Source of the DNA: Anaerotignum sp.
Lineage (GTDB): Bacteria > Bacillota > Clostridia > Lachnospirales > Anaerotignaceae
DNA length: 64,000 nt
Assembly (NCBI RefSeq): GCF_040307045.1
Contig: NZ_JAWRKF010000005.1
Span: 56,834-120,833, forward strand
Direction: 5' to 3'
The position numbers and the translations under genes were made by a program. Shown piece by piece: positions 40,468 through 49,335 of the stretch. The notes beneath the pieces were generated by a model. The model saw only the letters and a program-made list of their open reading frames with translations, was not told the origin of the DNA and searched no databases. The stretch's first letter is position 1; the number at the start of each line of letters is the position of its first letter.

Positions 40468-41280
40468 TTATTTTTTTTCACCAATGGCTTTATCCTTTGC
40501 CAAAACGGCATCAAAAGCTCTAACCAGGGTGGTTTCAAATCCCCCCGCCTGCAAACTCGCTACTCCTTCAATGGTAGTCCCACCAGGGGAGCATACCTGG
40601 TCAATCAAAGGCCAGGGTGCTTCTCCGCCTTCCAATACCATCCTTGCACTTCCCAACACCGTTTCAGCAGTTATTTTCAATGCCTGTTTTTTAGGCATAC
40701 CTGCTTTTAATGCAGCATGAGCCAACGCATCCATATAAAGGTACGCAAATGCTACAGAAGCCCCACCAATTACACTAAAAATAGCAAATTGACTTTCATC
40801 AATTTCTACAACTGTTCCAATTGTAGAAAAAATGTCTTCTATCAACAATTTCACTTCAGGACTGACATATTCATTCCCACAGATTCCAGTTGTAGATGCT
40901 CCGATTTTTGCATTTATATTAGGCATCACCCTTACAATTGGTGTTTTCTCAGGCAAATGCTGGCTTAGGTATTCTAAGGTTTTTCCTGCTGCAATAGACA
41001 CCACAACCGGCATTTTTTTGGAAAAATCAGGCATTAACTGAGGCAAAATTTCTGAAAGCACATTTGGTTTTACCCCAAGAATCACTACATCACTTTTTGA
41101 AATCACTTCCTTTGATGTTGTACAAACATTGGCACCACACTCCTCAGCCAGCTTAACCGCAGAGGATACGCTCTTGCTTGTCACATAAATATTTTTTCCT
41201 TTATACCCTGCCTCGCCCAAGGTCATCCCCTTCACAATAGCACCAACCATATTTCCCGCGCCAATAAAACCGAAGTTCAT
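40468..41280 (-). CDS. proC: Pyrroline-5-carboxylate reductase
   Basis: MNFGFIGAGNM Rossmann start after GGAGGAAAATAAC. C-terminal motif VCSPGGTTIEG. Confidence 0.9.
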   Translation of the reverse strand: MNFGFIGAGNMVGAIVKGMTLGEAGYKGKNIYVTSKSVSSAVKLAEECGANVCTTSKEVISKSDVVILGVKPNVLSEILPQLMPDFSKKMPVVVSIAAGKTLEYLSQHLPEKTPIVRVMPNINAKIGASTTGICGNEYVSPEVKLLIEDIFSTIGTVVEIDESQFAIFSVIGGASVAFAYLYMDALAHAALKAGMPKKQALKITAETVLGSARMVLEGGEAPWPLIDQVCSPGGTTIEGVASLQAGGFETTLVRAFDAVLAKDKAIGEKK

Positions 41281-41420
41281 GTTATTTTCCTCCATTCGCA
41301 ACTATCTTGAATTCCTTTATCACAGAAAAAATAGAACAATACCCTTATATTATTAAATAAATAGAAAAAACTTTTTTTCATTGTACTGCCGTTTATTTTA
41401 AAATGCAATCCTAACTATCC

Positions 41421-41449
41421 TTGCCCATACAGCAACAACATACTATAAT
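41421..41449 (+). promoter_or_regulatory. Candidate promoter of the ArsC-family gene
   Basis: TTGCCC (41421-41426), 17-nt spacer, TATAAT (41444-41449). Confidence 0.35.
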
Positions 41450-41471
41450 GTAGTAAAAAGGAGGTCATAAC

Positions 41472-41825
41472 ATGAGCGTTATTTTTTTACAATATCCAAA
41501 ATGCAGCACCTGTAAAAAGGCAAAAAATTGGTTAGATTCCGCCAAAGTAGAGTACTTTGATCGTCATATCGTGGAACAAAACCCAACTCCAGAGGAGTTG
41601 GAGTTTTGGTGGAAAATGAGCGGTTTGCCCTTAAAAAAATTTTTTAATACCAGTGGTCTGCTCTATAAAGAAATGGGGCTAAAAGACAAACTTGCCCAAA
41701 TGAGCGAAAAAGAGCAGTTGGAGCTTTTAGGCTCAAATGGTATGTTAGTAAAACGCCCATTAATCATTGGTGATGATTTTGTTTTGGTTGGTTTTAAAGA
41801 AGAAGAATGGAAAAATCTGCAATAG
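41472..41825 (+). CDS. ArsC/Spx-family protein (YffB-like)
   Basis: 117 aa with N-terminal CSTCKKAKNWL and C-terminal LVKRPLII. Confidence 0.8.
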   Translation: MSVIFLQYPKCSTCKKAKNWLDSAKVEYFDRHIVEQNPTPEELEFWWKMSGLPLKKFFNTSGLLYKEMGLKDKLAQMSEKEQLELLGSNGMLVKRPLIIGDDFVLVGFKEEEWKNLQ

Positions 41826-41913
41826 AGCTATATCACTATAAAAGGAAAGCCTCTTTCAAAGGTAATTGGAACGGCTTTTACTCATGTCAAGGAATTGGGA
41901 TAACAATCTTATA

Positions 41914-41956
41914 AAAAGCACCCATTTTGCCAAATTCCGCAAATGGGTGCTTTTTT
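41914..41956. terminator. Bidirectional terminator
   Basis: AAAAGCACCCATTT (41914-41927) pairs with AAATGGGTGCTTTT (41941-41954), followed by a T-run. Confidence 0.7.
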
Positions 41957-42662
41957 ATTCTTCAAAACTCCAACTATTTTCATCATGATAGATCATTTGC
42001 CGGGTCATTCCACCATCGATACATATATTTTCACCGGTAATAAACCCAGCCTTGTCGCTACATAAATATAACACCATATTTGCAATATCCATGGGGTTTC
42101 CCACCCGCTTCACAGGATGTTGTTGTGCGTCTGCACCGTCATAAACCATATGAGCTGTATCAATCCACCCCGGTGAAATAGAGTTCACCCTAACCCGACC
42201 ACTCAGGCTAATGGCTAGTGCATGGGTTAAGGAAGAAATAGCTCCTTTCGCCGCCGAATAACTCTCTGTGTTAGGCTGACTCATCCGATCCCTGGAAGAT
42301 GATATATTAACAATTGCTGCTCCAGGGGCAAAATACGGATTAAATAACTTGGTAAGATAATAGGGTGCAATCACTCCTACACGAAGAGCATAATCAAAAG
42401 CTCCATACCCACAGGCATTAATCCCTCCCATGGAAATCATTGCATTATTAATTATATAATCAACCTTTCCATATCCATCCAACACTTTCTTTGCAAAAGC
42501 CTCTAAGGTGTCTTTGTCACCAATATCTCCAGTAAAATAATCATTTTTTTCCCGGTCAATGATGCACACAATAGCGCCTTCCTTGGTGAAGGCATCAGAA
42601 ATTGCCTTGCCAATTCCGTGTACGCCACCCGTCACTACTACAATTTTGTCTTGAAATTCCAT
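41955..42662 (-). CDS. SDR-family oxidoreductase
   Basis: TGGVHGIGKAI cofactor motif, NNA, and catalytic YSAAKGA. Confidence 0.85.
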   Translation of the reverse strand: MEFQDKIVVVTGGVHGIGKAISDAFTKEGAIVCIIDREKNDYFTGDIGDKDTLEAFAKKVLDGYGKVDYIINNAMISMGGINACGYGAFDYALRVGVIAPYYLTKLFNPYFAPGAAIVNISSSRDRMSQPNTESYSAAKGAISSLTHALAISLSGRVRVNSISPGWIDTAHMVYDGADAQQHPVKRVGNPMDIANMVLYLCSDKAGFITGENICIDGGMTRQMIYHDENSWSFEE

Positions 42663-42666
42663 AATC

Positions 42667-43197
42667 TTATTCCTTTACATATGTGATCATAGGCTCCACA
42701 GCAGATAGGTCAACAAAGTCAATGGGTTCTTTCCTGCTTTTTAGCAGTTCTTCCTCATCTACGCTGCGTTCCTTTTTTCCCTTTAAAATTTGAAACATAA
42801 CTGTCATCATACCTTTATGGGTAAATTTTAATTTCTTAAAGTCTAAAGCTCCTCGGAAGGAAAAGACCTTGGCATGACGAAGCAATTCCTCAGTTAAGCA
42901 CTGCTTCAATCCTGTGTATATAGTCTCCATGTTTTTTTCCACACTTGGATTTGAAATTCCACAAGTAAAAATAATCAAATTCTTTTTACACAAAATCTCT
43001 TGGTTCCTCTTTAGCCAATCATTCCCATTTAAAGAACCTCCATAAATCCCCCCGCCATAAATGATGGTATCATAGTCGGATATATCTTTAATCTCATCCG
43101 TGGAAAACAAATGGGCCTGCAATTGTTTCCCTATATAGGTTGCATATTTTTTTGTGCTTCCATACTCAGAACGATATACCACAGCCGTCTTCCCCAT
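42667..43197 (-). CDS. Flavodoxin-domain protein
   Basis: MGKTAVVYRSEYGSTKKYA flavodoxin-like start. 176 aa. Confidence 0.75.
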   Translation of the reverse strand: MGKTAVVYRSEYGSTKKYATYIGKQLQAHLFSTDEIKDISDYDTIIYGGGIYGGSLNGNDWLKRNQEILCKKNLIIFTCGISNPSVEKNMETIYTGLKQCLTEELLRHAKVFSFRGALDFKKLKFTHKGMMTVMFQILKGKKERSVDEEELLKSRKEPIDFVDLSAVEPMITYVKE

Positions 43198-43304
43198 ATA
43201 TTCTACCTCCTTAACACAAAGACAATCTTATTTTTTCTATGTTTATCCTCCTTGCACTTATCTGCCTATCTTCGTTACAAAATAAGGTAGCTATGCCTTC
43301 TTAA

Positions 43305-43889
43305 TCACTTAATCCCACGCAATAACTCCTTCAAAACCAGTAAATCCTGCTGATATATATTCGTTAACCCACGATTATATATGATTGCAGCTGGGTGATA
43401 TAACGGAAATAACACCCTGGTTTGTTCCAAAGAGTATGGCTTACCATGAACATCACCGATAGTTATCCCCTTATCATCGGTAACAGCTTTAAGAGGTACA
43501 TTGCCTAATGTCACAATCACCTTTGGTGAGATTAACTGAATTTCTTCTTTTAGATAAGGCAAAAAGAACGAAATTTCTTCCTTAGATGGGGGACGGTTTA
43601 CTGCCTTACCCGTCTTCGGGCTGTCTTTTGTGGGTCTTAATTTAACAACATTTGTAATGTAAATTTCTTCACGTTGTAAACCAATTACCTCTAAAAAGGA
43701 AGAAAGGTTTTTGCCTGCCTTTCCAACAAAAGGTCTGCCCTGCTTTTCCTCATCGCCACCAGGAGCCTCACCGATCATCATGAGCACTGGTGTATCTGCC
43801 CCTTCTCCAAAAACAAGGGTTTTTTTTGTAAAATTAGAATTTTTAAAGTTTTGTGTCAATTTTTCTTGAAATTCTATCTGTTTATTCAT
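43305..43889 (-). CDS. Uracil-DNA glycosylase, family 4
   Basis: Family-4 motifs GEAPGGDEE and YHPAAIIY. Confidence 0.85.
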   Translation of the reverse strand: MNKQIEFQEKLTQNFKNSNFTKKTLVFGEGADTPVLMMIGEAPGGDEEKQGRPFVGKAGKNLSSFLEVIGLQREEIYITNVVKLRPTKDSPKTGKAVNRPPSKEEISFFLPYLKEEIQLISPKVIVTLGNVPLKAVTDDKGITIGDVHGKPYSLEQTRVLFPLYHPAAIIYNRGLTNIYQQDLLVLKELLRGIK

Positions 43890-43922
43890 AAAAAACGGTA
43901 TTTCCTTTCCACATTTACAAAG

Positions 43923-44125
43923 TTGTCCACATTCCCACAGGCTTATCCACAGGTTTTCTGTTGATAACTTTTTATGTATACCCCAATATCTAGTATTAAT
44001 TTTTTATCTTCGACAGTTTTATATCAAAAAACCATTGAAATTTAGGGAACGACTAATATTCATCTTGTGGTGCATATTTTGCAGGTGGATAACTTCCACA
44101 TTATCCACACTTTTTATGTGGATAA
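43923..44125. promoter_or_regulatory. DnaA-box cluster A (3 perfect and 3 one-mismatch boxes)
   Basis: Perfect boxes: TTATCCACA at 43943-43951 and 44101-44109, and TGTGGATAA at 44117-44125. One-mismatch boxes: TTGTCCACA at 43923-43931, TGTTGATAA at 43959-43967, GGTGGATAA at 44084-44092. An AT-rich spacer lies at 43970-44060. Confidence 0.7.
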
Positions 44126-45142
44126 CTACTTATTTTTCCGTTCATCCCTCATATAAAATAAAAATACCACTATACCCCCAAGAAAGCCCCCGATGTGGGC
44201 AAAATTGTCTACACCCATATCTAAAAATCCAAAACCAATGGAAGTAAAGGCCAACAGCAACATCGTTGAATAGTTCATCTGGGTATACCGTGGGCCATAT
44301 TTTTTAGTAAGAATCAACATAGCACCTAAAAGGCCATATATTGCCCCCGAAGCCCCTATAGCTAAAACATTATGAAAAGCTATGCTGAATAGCCCGCCGC
44401 AAAGGCCTGAAATCATGTATAACGCCAAGTAACGCCATTTTCCTAATAAATACTCTGCCTTAACGCCAAAATAAAATAGAAAAATACCGTTGGAAATCAA
44501 ATGTGGCATGCCACTATGCAAAAACATAGATGTAAAAAATCGGTAATACTCCCCGTTTAAAATGCCCCTTCTACTGAGGCCAAAAGTAACAATGGTACTT
44601 CCGCCTTTCCCAGAAAGAGTGGTATATATCAGCAACAATGTACAAATAGCAAAAATACCAATGCTTACCCAAGGCCTTCCCGCTACCATGGCCGGTACCA
44701 TTGGTTTTTCCGCTTTATTCCCTTGCGATGATAAAAATAACAGCTTCTCTATCCCCAACAGTCGATTCGGTTCGCCATGACCTGCATACACTTTTTTCTC
44801 TACCAAAGAGTATCTCCAGTGTACCGTATGTATTCGCTCATCCAAATAAGATGGCAAATATGCTTCCCCATCTTCTTCTCCCAGCTGTATGCTAACACTA
44901 ACCAAATGATTACACCGTAAATCCTCTAACTCTACAGACATTTGTTTTGTAAAAGCAGTCAAAACATTGGTTAATTCAAGTTGGTTTTGTTTTTCACATA
45001 TACCTATAATATATAATACCGGATTTTCCATACGAATAAAAATTCCAGGTATTATAGTTCCATTTAAATCTTTGACCGCCTCAAAGCTATGAGCCAATAG
45101 TTGTTCATTCAAAATTTCTATAAAATTTATTGAGTTATCCAC
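44126..45142 (-). CDS. Rhomboid-family intramembrane serine protease with an N-terminal domain of about 150 aa and unknown function
   Basis: Rhomboid motifs FLHSGMPHLISN and GASGAIYGLLGA (GxSG), plus HIGGFLGG. The GTG at 45142 lies 5 nt after AGGTGA. The track start at 45151 overlaps that RBS. Confidence 0.85.
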   Translation of the reverse strand: MDNSINFIEILNEQLLAHSFEAVKDLNGTIIPGIFIRMENPVLYIIGICEKQNQLELTNVLTAFTKQMSVELEDLRCNHLVSVSIQLGEEDGEAYLPSYLDERIHTVHWRYSLVEKKVYAGHGEPNRLLGIEKLLFLSSQGNKAEKPMVPAMVAGRPWVSIGIFAICTLLLIYTTLSGKGGSTIVTFGLSRRGILNGEYYRFFTSMFLHSGMPHLISNGIFLFYFGVKAEYLLGKWRYLALYMISGLCGGLFSIAFHNVLAIGASGAIYGLLGAMLILTKKYGPRYTQMNYSTMLLLAFTSIGFGFLDMGVDNFAHIGGFLGGIVVFLFYMRDERKNK

Positions 45143-45143
45143 A
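45135..45143. promoter_or_regulatory. Perfect DnaA box overlapping the rhomboid start codon
   Basis: TTATCCACA on the plus strand. The coding strand reads T-GTG-GAT-AA. Confidence 0.6.
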
Positions 45144-45165
45144 ATTTTCACCTACTTTTTCTATG

Positions 45166-45196
45166 AAAAAACTCACTGCAATGCAGTGAGTTTTTC
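45166..45196. terminator. Bidirectional intrinsic terminator immediately upstream of the rhomboid RBS
   Basis: AAAAACTCACTGC (45167-45179), loop AAT, GCAGTGAGTTTTT (45183-45195). Confidence 0.7.
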
Positions 45197-45268
45197 ATAG
45201 ATAAGAAATGGGGTTAAATCTTATCGCATAAGGATTTCTTTTTCCGTGGAATTGTAAACAATCAAGTT

Positions 45269-45322
45269 TTATACACAGGGAAGTCATGATTATCCACAAT
45301 ATTATCCACAATATTATCCACA
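45269..45322. promoter_or_regulatory. DnaA-box cluster B: three perfect head-to-tail boxes at 12-bp phasing plus one near-box
   Basis: TTATCCACA at 45290-45298, 45302-45310 and 45314-45322. TTATACACA at 45269-45277. Confidence 0.75.
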
Positions 45323-45370
45323 AAAAATATAACACATTCGAAACTAATTGTCAAATAATTATAGTTTAAT

Positions 45371-45613
45371 TCAAAGAAAAAAACTTAATACTAATAGTCC
45401 GATAAATCCTGGTGTCCCAAGTAACCCAACGGTAAAAATGGTGGCAGGGTTTACGCCAACCTGTAATCCAAACCGATTACAAAGCCAAAGGCAACATCCA
45501 CCAATGGCTGCGGAAAGAATAAAACGAAATAATACCTTTAATGGTTTCGATAATGTAGCTAAAGCTAAAATGATCAAACAACTTATAATCATGACTGATA
45601 ACACTTCTGTCAT
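45371..45613 (-). CDS. bofA: Pro-sigma-K processing inhibitor BofA
   Basis: 80-aa two-TM protein ending GVNPATIFTVGLLGTPGFIGLLVL, which is BofA-like. It follows yaaL as in Bacillus. Confidence 0.75.
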   Translation of the reverse strand: MTEVLSVMIISCLIILALATLSKPLKVLFRFILSAAIGGCCLWLCNRFGLQVGVNPATIFTVGLLGTPGFIGLLVLSFFL

Positions 45614-45640
45614 AATACTGCTCTCCCCCTTCTGTACTTT

Positions 45641-45880
45641 TCAGCCTATCTTACGAAAAGACGCCGTCAACCCCATTTCTTTTGCAGTTTTTAGATAATA
45701 TTCATACTTTTTGTGCAAAGCGGTGATTTCATAAATATAACTATCAACCAAAGCTGCATCTGTTGCCGACTCAAATCCCTGTCGTGCACAAATCAACTTT
45801 GTCTGAATCTCCTGAATGGCAAGTAATACTTTTTCCCCTTCTGTTAGCACAGTATCCATTTTTTGTTTGCTTTTATTCAC
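45641..45880 (-). CDS. yaaL: YaaL-family protein (DUF2508)
   Basis: 79-aa helical protein (DSYIYEITALHKKYEYYLKTAK). It keeps conserved synteny with bofA. Confidence 0.7.
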   Translation of the reverse strand: MNKSKQKMDTVLTEGEKVLLAIQEIQTKLICARQGFESATDAALVDSYIYEITALHKKYEYYLKTAKEMGLTASFRKIG

Positions 45881-46124
45881 ACTTTTGCCTCCTTCCTGTT
45901 ACCCTAATATAAGCAAAAAAAACAGGTTTTATTCCCGTTTAGTATTTTAATTCACATAGAAGAAAGCAATTTATATCATTTTTCTCCCTACACATTCATG
46001 TTTACCAAATATCTTATGCAAAAAATTGTTTACTCTTTCTTATAATATTAACTTTCTTAAATCGCAAAACAAACAAAATTAGATTTTTTTCAGCTTATAA
46101 AAACAATCCCTTGTTTTTTCCCAT

Positions 46125-46165
46125 AAAAAAACCCACCACCTTGTTGGTGGAGGGTCTTTTTTTTT
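46125..46165 (-). terminator. Intrinsic terminator of the lipoprotein gene
   Basis: A-run, ACCCACCACC-ttgt-TGGTGGAGGGT, T9. It directly abuts the stop codon. Confidence 0.65.
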
Positions 46166-46598
46166 ATTGGGCAGCGAATTCTGCAGCAACAGGACTATCG
46201 TTTACAAGTATTATCAATCGATATTGCATATTTTTTGCGGTACTCCCACAAAGTGTCTTCCAGTCATAACTCAACTCTACCGCATCCCCTGCTTCCAACA
46301 CAGACGTCTCCTTCTCCCAATCGGATTGAGCTGTGCCTGTAAACTCTTGCCACTGGCCATCCTTCATCTGTTCAAAATGGTATTCATGGGTACTATAATT
46401 TACGGCTGCCTCTGTTTCATTTGTTAGCGTAAAGGTTGCTCTAGAACTTTTTAACGTGTCGTCATTTAATGAAAACTTGATTCCATCTTCTACATTCACC
46501 TCAGTATAAGCAGTTCCCCCATTATTATTACTGCCACACCCCACTAAAAAAACCATTAATACAGCAAGAAAAACCATCAATTTTTTTCTGATTTTCAT
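46164..46598 (-). CDS. Small lipoprotein of unknown function
   Basis: Lipobox FLVGCGSN followed by a beta-rich body. Confidence 0.65.
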   Translation of the reverse strand: MKIRKKLMVFLAVLMVFLVGCGSNNNGGTAYTEVNVEDGIKFSLNDDTLKSSRATFTLTNETEAAVNYSTHEYHFEQMKDGQWQEFTGTAQSDWEKETSVLEAGDAVELSYDWKTLCGSTAKNMQYRLIILVNDSPVAAEFAAQ

Positions 46599-46731
46599 TT
46601 ACTTCCCTCTCCACTATTCATAATTTTCCACTTTTCAAAGGAATATCTTCATGGTATCACAACCTACTTTGTCTTGCAAGCAATAGAAAAGGCTTGGTGA
46701 ATATTTCGCCAAACCTTAATCTTCCATTTTT

Positions 46732-47445
46732 TTATTTTCTTAAGTCTTCTAAAATCTGTGTTTTGCCTTCTGTTTTTTCATCTTTCATCTTGATAATTTT
46801 TGCTGGAGAGCCTGCAACAACAGCACCTTCAGGCACATCTGCCGTTACAATAGCGCCCGCTGCAACAACAGCGTTTGCACCAATCTTAACGCCTTCTAAA
46901 ACAACAGCATTGGCACCAACCAAAGCACCATCACCAACAATAACGGGAGTTGCACTAGGGGGTTCCAAAACGCCCGCCAAAACTGCACCTGCTCCAATAT
47001 GTGCATTTTTACCAACAGTAGCTCTAGCACCTAAAACTGCATTCATATCAATCATTGTACCATCGCCAATTTCTGCGCCAATGTTAATGACAGCGCCCAT
47101 CATCACAACTGCATTTTTACCAATTTTCACACGATCACGAATAAAACAGCCTGGCTCAATACGTGCATCCAAGTTGGTAACGTCCAACATAGGCACCGCA
47201 GAATTTCTTCTATCATATTCCATATGATATTCTTCAATGCAGTCAGCCTTGGTATCTAAAACCTCTTTTACCAAAACGCAATCACCAATTAAAATCCAAA
47301 AGTTATCACTGCCGAAAATTTTTATATTTTCCTTTTCTAAACCCTTTAAGTCACCCTTAACGTAAACCTTTACAGGTGTAACTTTTTTGGCATCCTTAAT
47401 ATATTTTGCAATCTCATAAGGATTCGTCATGTCATAATTCATCAT
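46732..47445 (-). CDS. dapH: 2,3,4,5-tetrahydropyridine-2,6-dicarboxylate N-acetyltransferase
   Basis: DapH-type N-terminal domain ([12 protein letters not shown]) and hexapeptide repeats ([42 protein letters not shown]). The ATG at 47445 lies 5 nt after GGAGG. Confidence 0.85.
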   Translation of the reverse strand: MMNYDMTNPYEIAKYIKDAKKVTPVKVYVKGDLKGLEKENIKIFGSDNFWILIGDCVLVKEVLDTKADCIEEYHMEYDRRNSAVPMLDVTNLDARIEPGCFIRDRVKIGKNAVVMMGAVINIGAEIGDGTMIDMNAVLGARATVGKNAHIGAGAVLAGVLEPPSATPVIVGDGALVGANAVVLEGVKIGANAVVAAGAIVTADVPEGAVVAGSPAKIIKMKDEKTEGKTQILEDLRK

Positions 47446-47564
47446 TTGTTCCTCCAATCATGATAGTATGTCCAATATTATATATGAAAAAAAAGGATTT
47501 TCCAAGGTTCTTCCATAGTTTTTTGTGATACAATGGTAAAAATGATTAAAAAGGAGCGATTTGT

Positions 47565-48713
47565 TTGCGTGATGATATTTTAAATATGGAGGAAGATCTA
47601 AGACAGATGCGACGGGATCTGCATCAAATTCCGGAGTTGGGTCTTTTAGAACATAAAACTGCCGCTTATGTGGAAGATAAACTAAAATCAATGGGCGTGG
47701 ACTGGGTTGAACGTAGTCTAGAAACTGGAGTCATCGGCCTAATTAAAGGACAAGGCATAGAAAAACCCATTGCATTTCGTGCCGATATGGACGCTCTGCC
47801 TGTGGAAGAAATGCCCAGGCCCTATGCATCCTGCCACCATGGCCTTATGCACGCCTGTGGCCATGATGGACATATGACCATTCTTCTAGGCTTTGCTAAA
47901 TATCTTATGGCACAAAATCAGCGTCCAAAAGGTGATGTTATTTTAATTTTTCAGCCAGCTGAAGAAGGCCCTGGGGGCGCAAAGCTTATGGTGGAAGCAG
48001 GTATCCTTGAAAAATACAATATTTCCAAGGTGATTGGATGTCACATCTTCCCTCAGGTACCTCAGGGTATGATTGCCTGCAAAGCAGGTGGCATGATGGC
48101 AAGAAACGGTGAAGTATATGTACGTATTCTAGGTAAAAGTGCCCATGGTGCACAACCCCAATTGGGGGCGGATGCCCTTTTGGCCGCTGGTGCTGTTATT
48201 TGCGGCTTGCAAACTATTTTATCCCGAAATATTTCCCCTTTGGACAGCGGCGTTTTAACCTTTGGCTCCATCCATGGAGGAGAAGCTTGTAATATTTTAG
48301 CAAAGGAGGTGCGGTTGGAGGGTACCATGCGTGCTTTTAGCGATGAGGTCTATGAAAAAATGATAAAAAGAATTGGGGAAACCGTTGAAAATATTGCTGC
48401 CGGGTATGGTTGCCAAGGTTTCGTAGAATTTAACCATATGTATCGCGTTGTCAACAATGACCCCTCTTTGGTTGAAGCCTTAGAAAAAGCTTGTGGTAAC
48501 AATTATATGACAACACAGCCTTATATGCTGGCTGAAGATTTCTCCTTTTTTCAACAGGTAGTGCCAGGCCTCTTCTTCTTTCTAGGCTCAGGTAACCCTG
48601 AAAAAGGGTTCATACACTCACTGCACAGCGCAGATTTTGATTTTGATGAAAAAATACTATGCCATGGTGTTGATACCTACGTAAACTTATTGGAGGTACT
48701 AGGGCTTTATTAA
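47565..48713 (+). CDS. dapL: M20-family amidohydrolase, likely N-acetyldiaminopimelate deacetylase
   Basis: Motifs LHQIPELG, HACGHDGH and PAEEGPGGA. It is divergent from dapH. The TTG start lies 8 nt after AAGGAG. Confidence 0.75.
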   Translation: MRDDILNMEEDLRQMRRDLHQIPELGLLEHKTAAYVEDKLKSMGVDWVERSLETGVIGLIKGQGIEKPIAFRADMDALPVEEMPRPYASCHHGLMHACGHDGHMTILLGFAKYLMAQNQRPKGDVILIFQPAEEGPGGAKLMVEAGILEKYNISKVIGCHIFPQVPQGMIACKAGGMMARNGEVYVRILGKSAHGAQPQLGADALLAAGAVICGLQTILSRNISPLDSGVLTFGSIHGGEACNILAKEVRLEGTMRAFSDEVYEKMIKRIGETVENIAAGYGCQGFVEFNHMYRVVNNDPSLVEALEKACGNNYMTTQPYMLAEDFSFFQQVVPGLFFFLGSGNPEKGFIHSLHSADFDFDEKILCHGVDTYVNLLEVLGLY

Positions 48714-48792
48714 TGCTGTTTCCCCTTACGCCTCATATAGCAAGCAATACACATACGTAGTAGGGCTTGATTCAAACTCATAATGCCCTACA

Positions 48793-48825
48793 AAAGCATT
48801 TCTGTCTTAATGAAATGCTTTTTTC
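48793..48825 (+). terminator. Intrinsic terminator after the deacetylase gene
   Basis: AAAGCATTTC/GAAATGCTTT stem followed by a T-run. Confidence 0.7.
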
Positions 48826-49269
48826 TTTTATTTTGTTATTTCCTTTTTCCCCATCCACTATCCTTGCAGGACGGCAATCTATATGTAAGCCAATGGTAGC
48901 ACCTATATGTTGGATACCAAATTACCTTGACCCTTTTTTTCTAGATAGGAAACCGCCTTTATAGAAATTTTTTCCCTTGCCTAAATGGTAAACATATCCA
49001 CCAGAATGGATTCAGATGAACATCCCCCTTAGGGAAAAAAAATTAATAACCCCTGCATGAAAAAATATAACGATTTTTTCACTTGTGACGGTTTTAGGTA
49101 AAATACATCCTTTTATACAGCCATAAAATCATTAGATTAATCACCCCATATAAAGAAAATCTTTTTTTTATTTGAAATAAATATTATGGTATGAATACTT
49201 TTCAGAAACTTATTTTATAAATTCATTAAAATCTTTAAAATTTCTTAATGATAAATTGCAATAAATTGA

Positions 49270-49298
49270 TTGACACGAAAATAGTTTTATCATAAAAT
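49270..49298 (+). promoter_or_regulatory. Candidate promoter of the MarR-efflux operon
   Basis: TTGACA (49270-49275), 17-nt spacer, TAAAAT (49293-49298). Confidence 0.5.
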
Positions 49299-49335
49299 TA
49301 GTTGCATATTGTAAGCGGATAGAGGAGGATGCTTT

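Noticed and set aside
43923-45322. Interpretation of the two DnaA-box clusters as the chromosomal replication origin itself
   Set aside because: No dnaA, dnaN or rpmH gene lies in or next to the region. Gene orientation does not switch from minus to plus around 44-45 kb (minus-strand genes lie on both sides). I could not identify a convincing DnaA-trio/DUE arrangement. I kept it as a DnaA-box cluster finding rather than calling it oriC; only whole-genome context can settle this.
45290-45325. The 12-bp tandem repeat considered as a CRISPR or minisatellite
   Set aside because: There are only three units with no spacers, and each unit is exactly a DnaA box plus 3 nt. No cas genes occur anywhere in the window.
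46694-47227. 177-aa plus-strand ORF, together with similar long antisense ORFs at 61634-62338, 51074-51595, 34375-34821, 1387-1803 and 14543-14908
   Set aside because: All lie fully inside well-supported genes on the opposite strand (dapH, Cthe_2159-like, RND pump, PFOR, spoIIP, vWA). They have low-complexity or repeat-mirroring translations and lack RBSs, so they are shadow ORFs.
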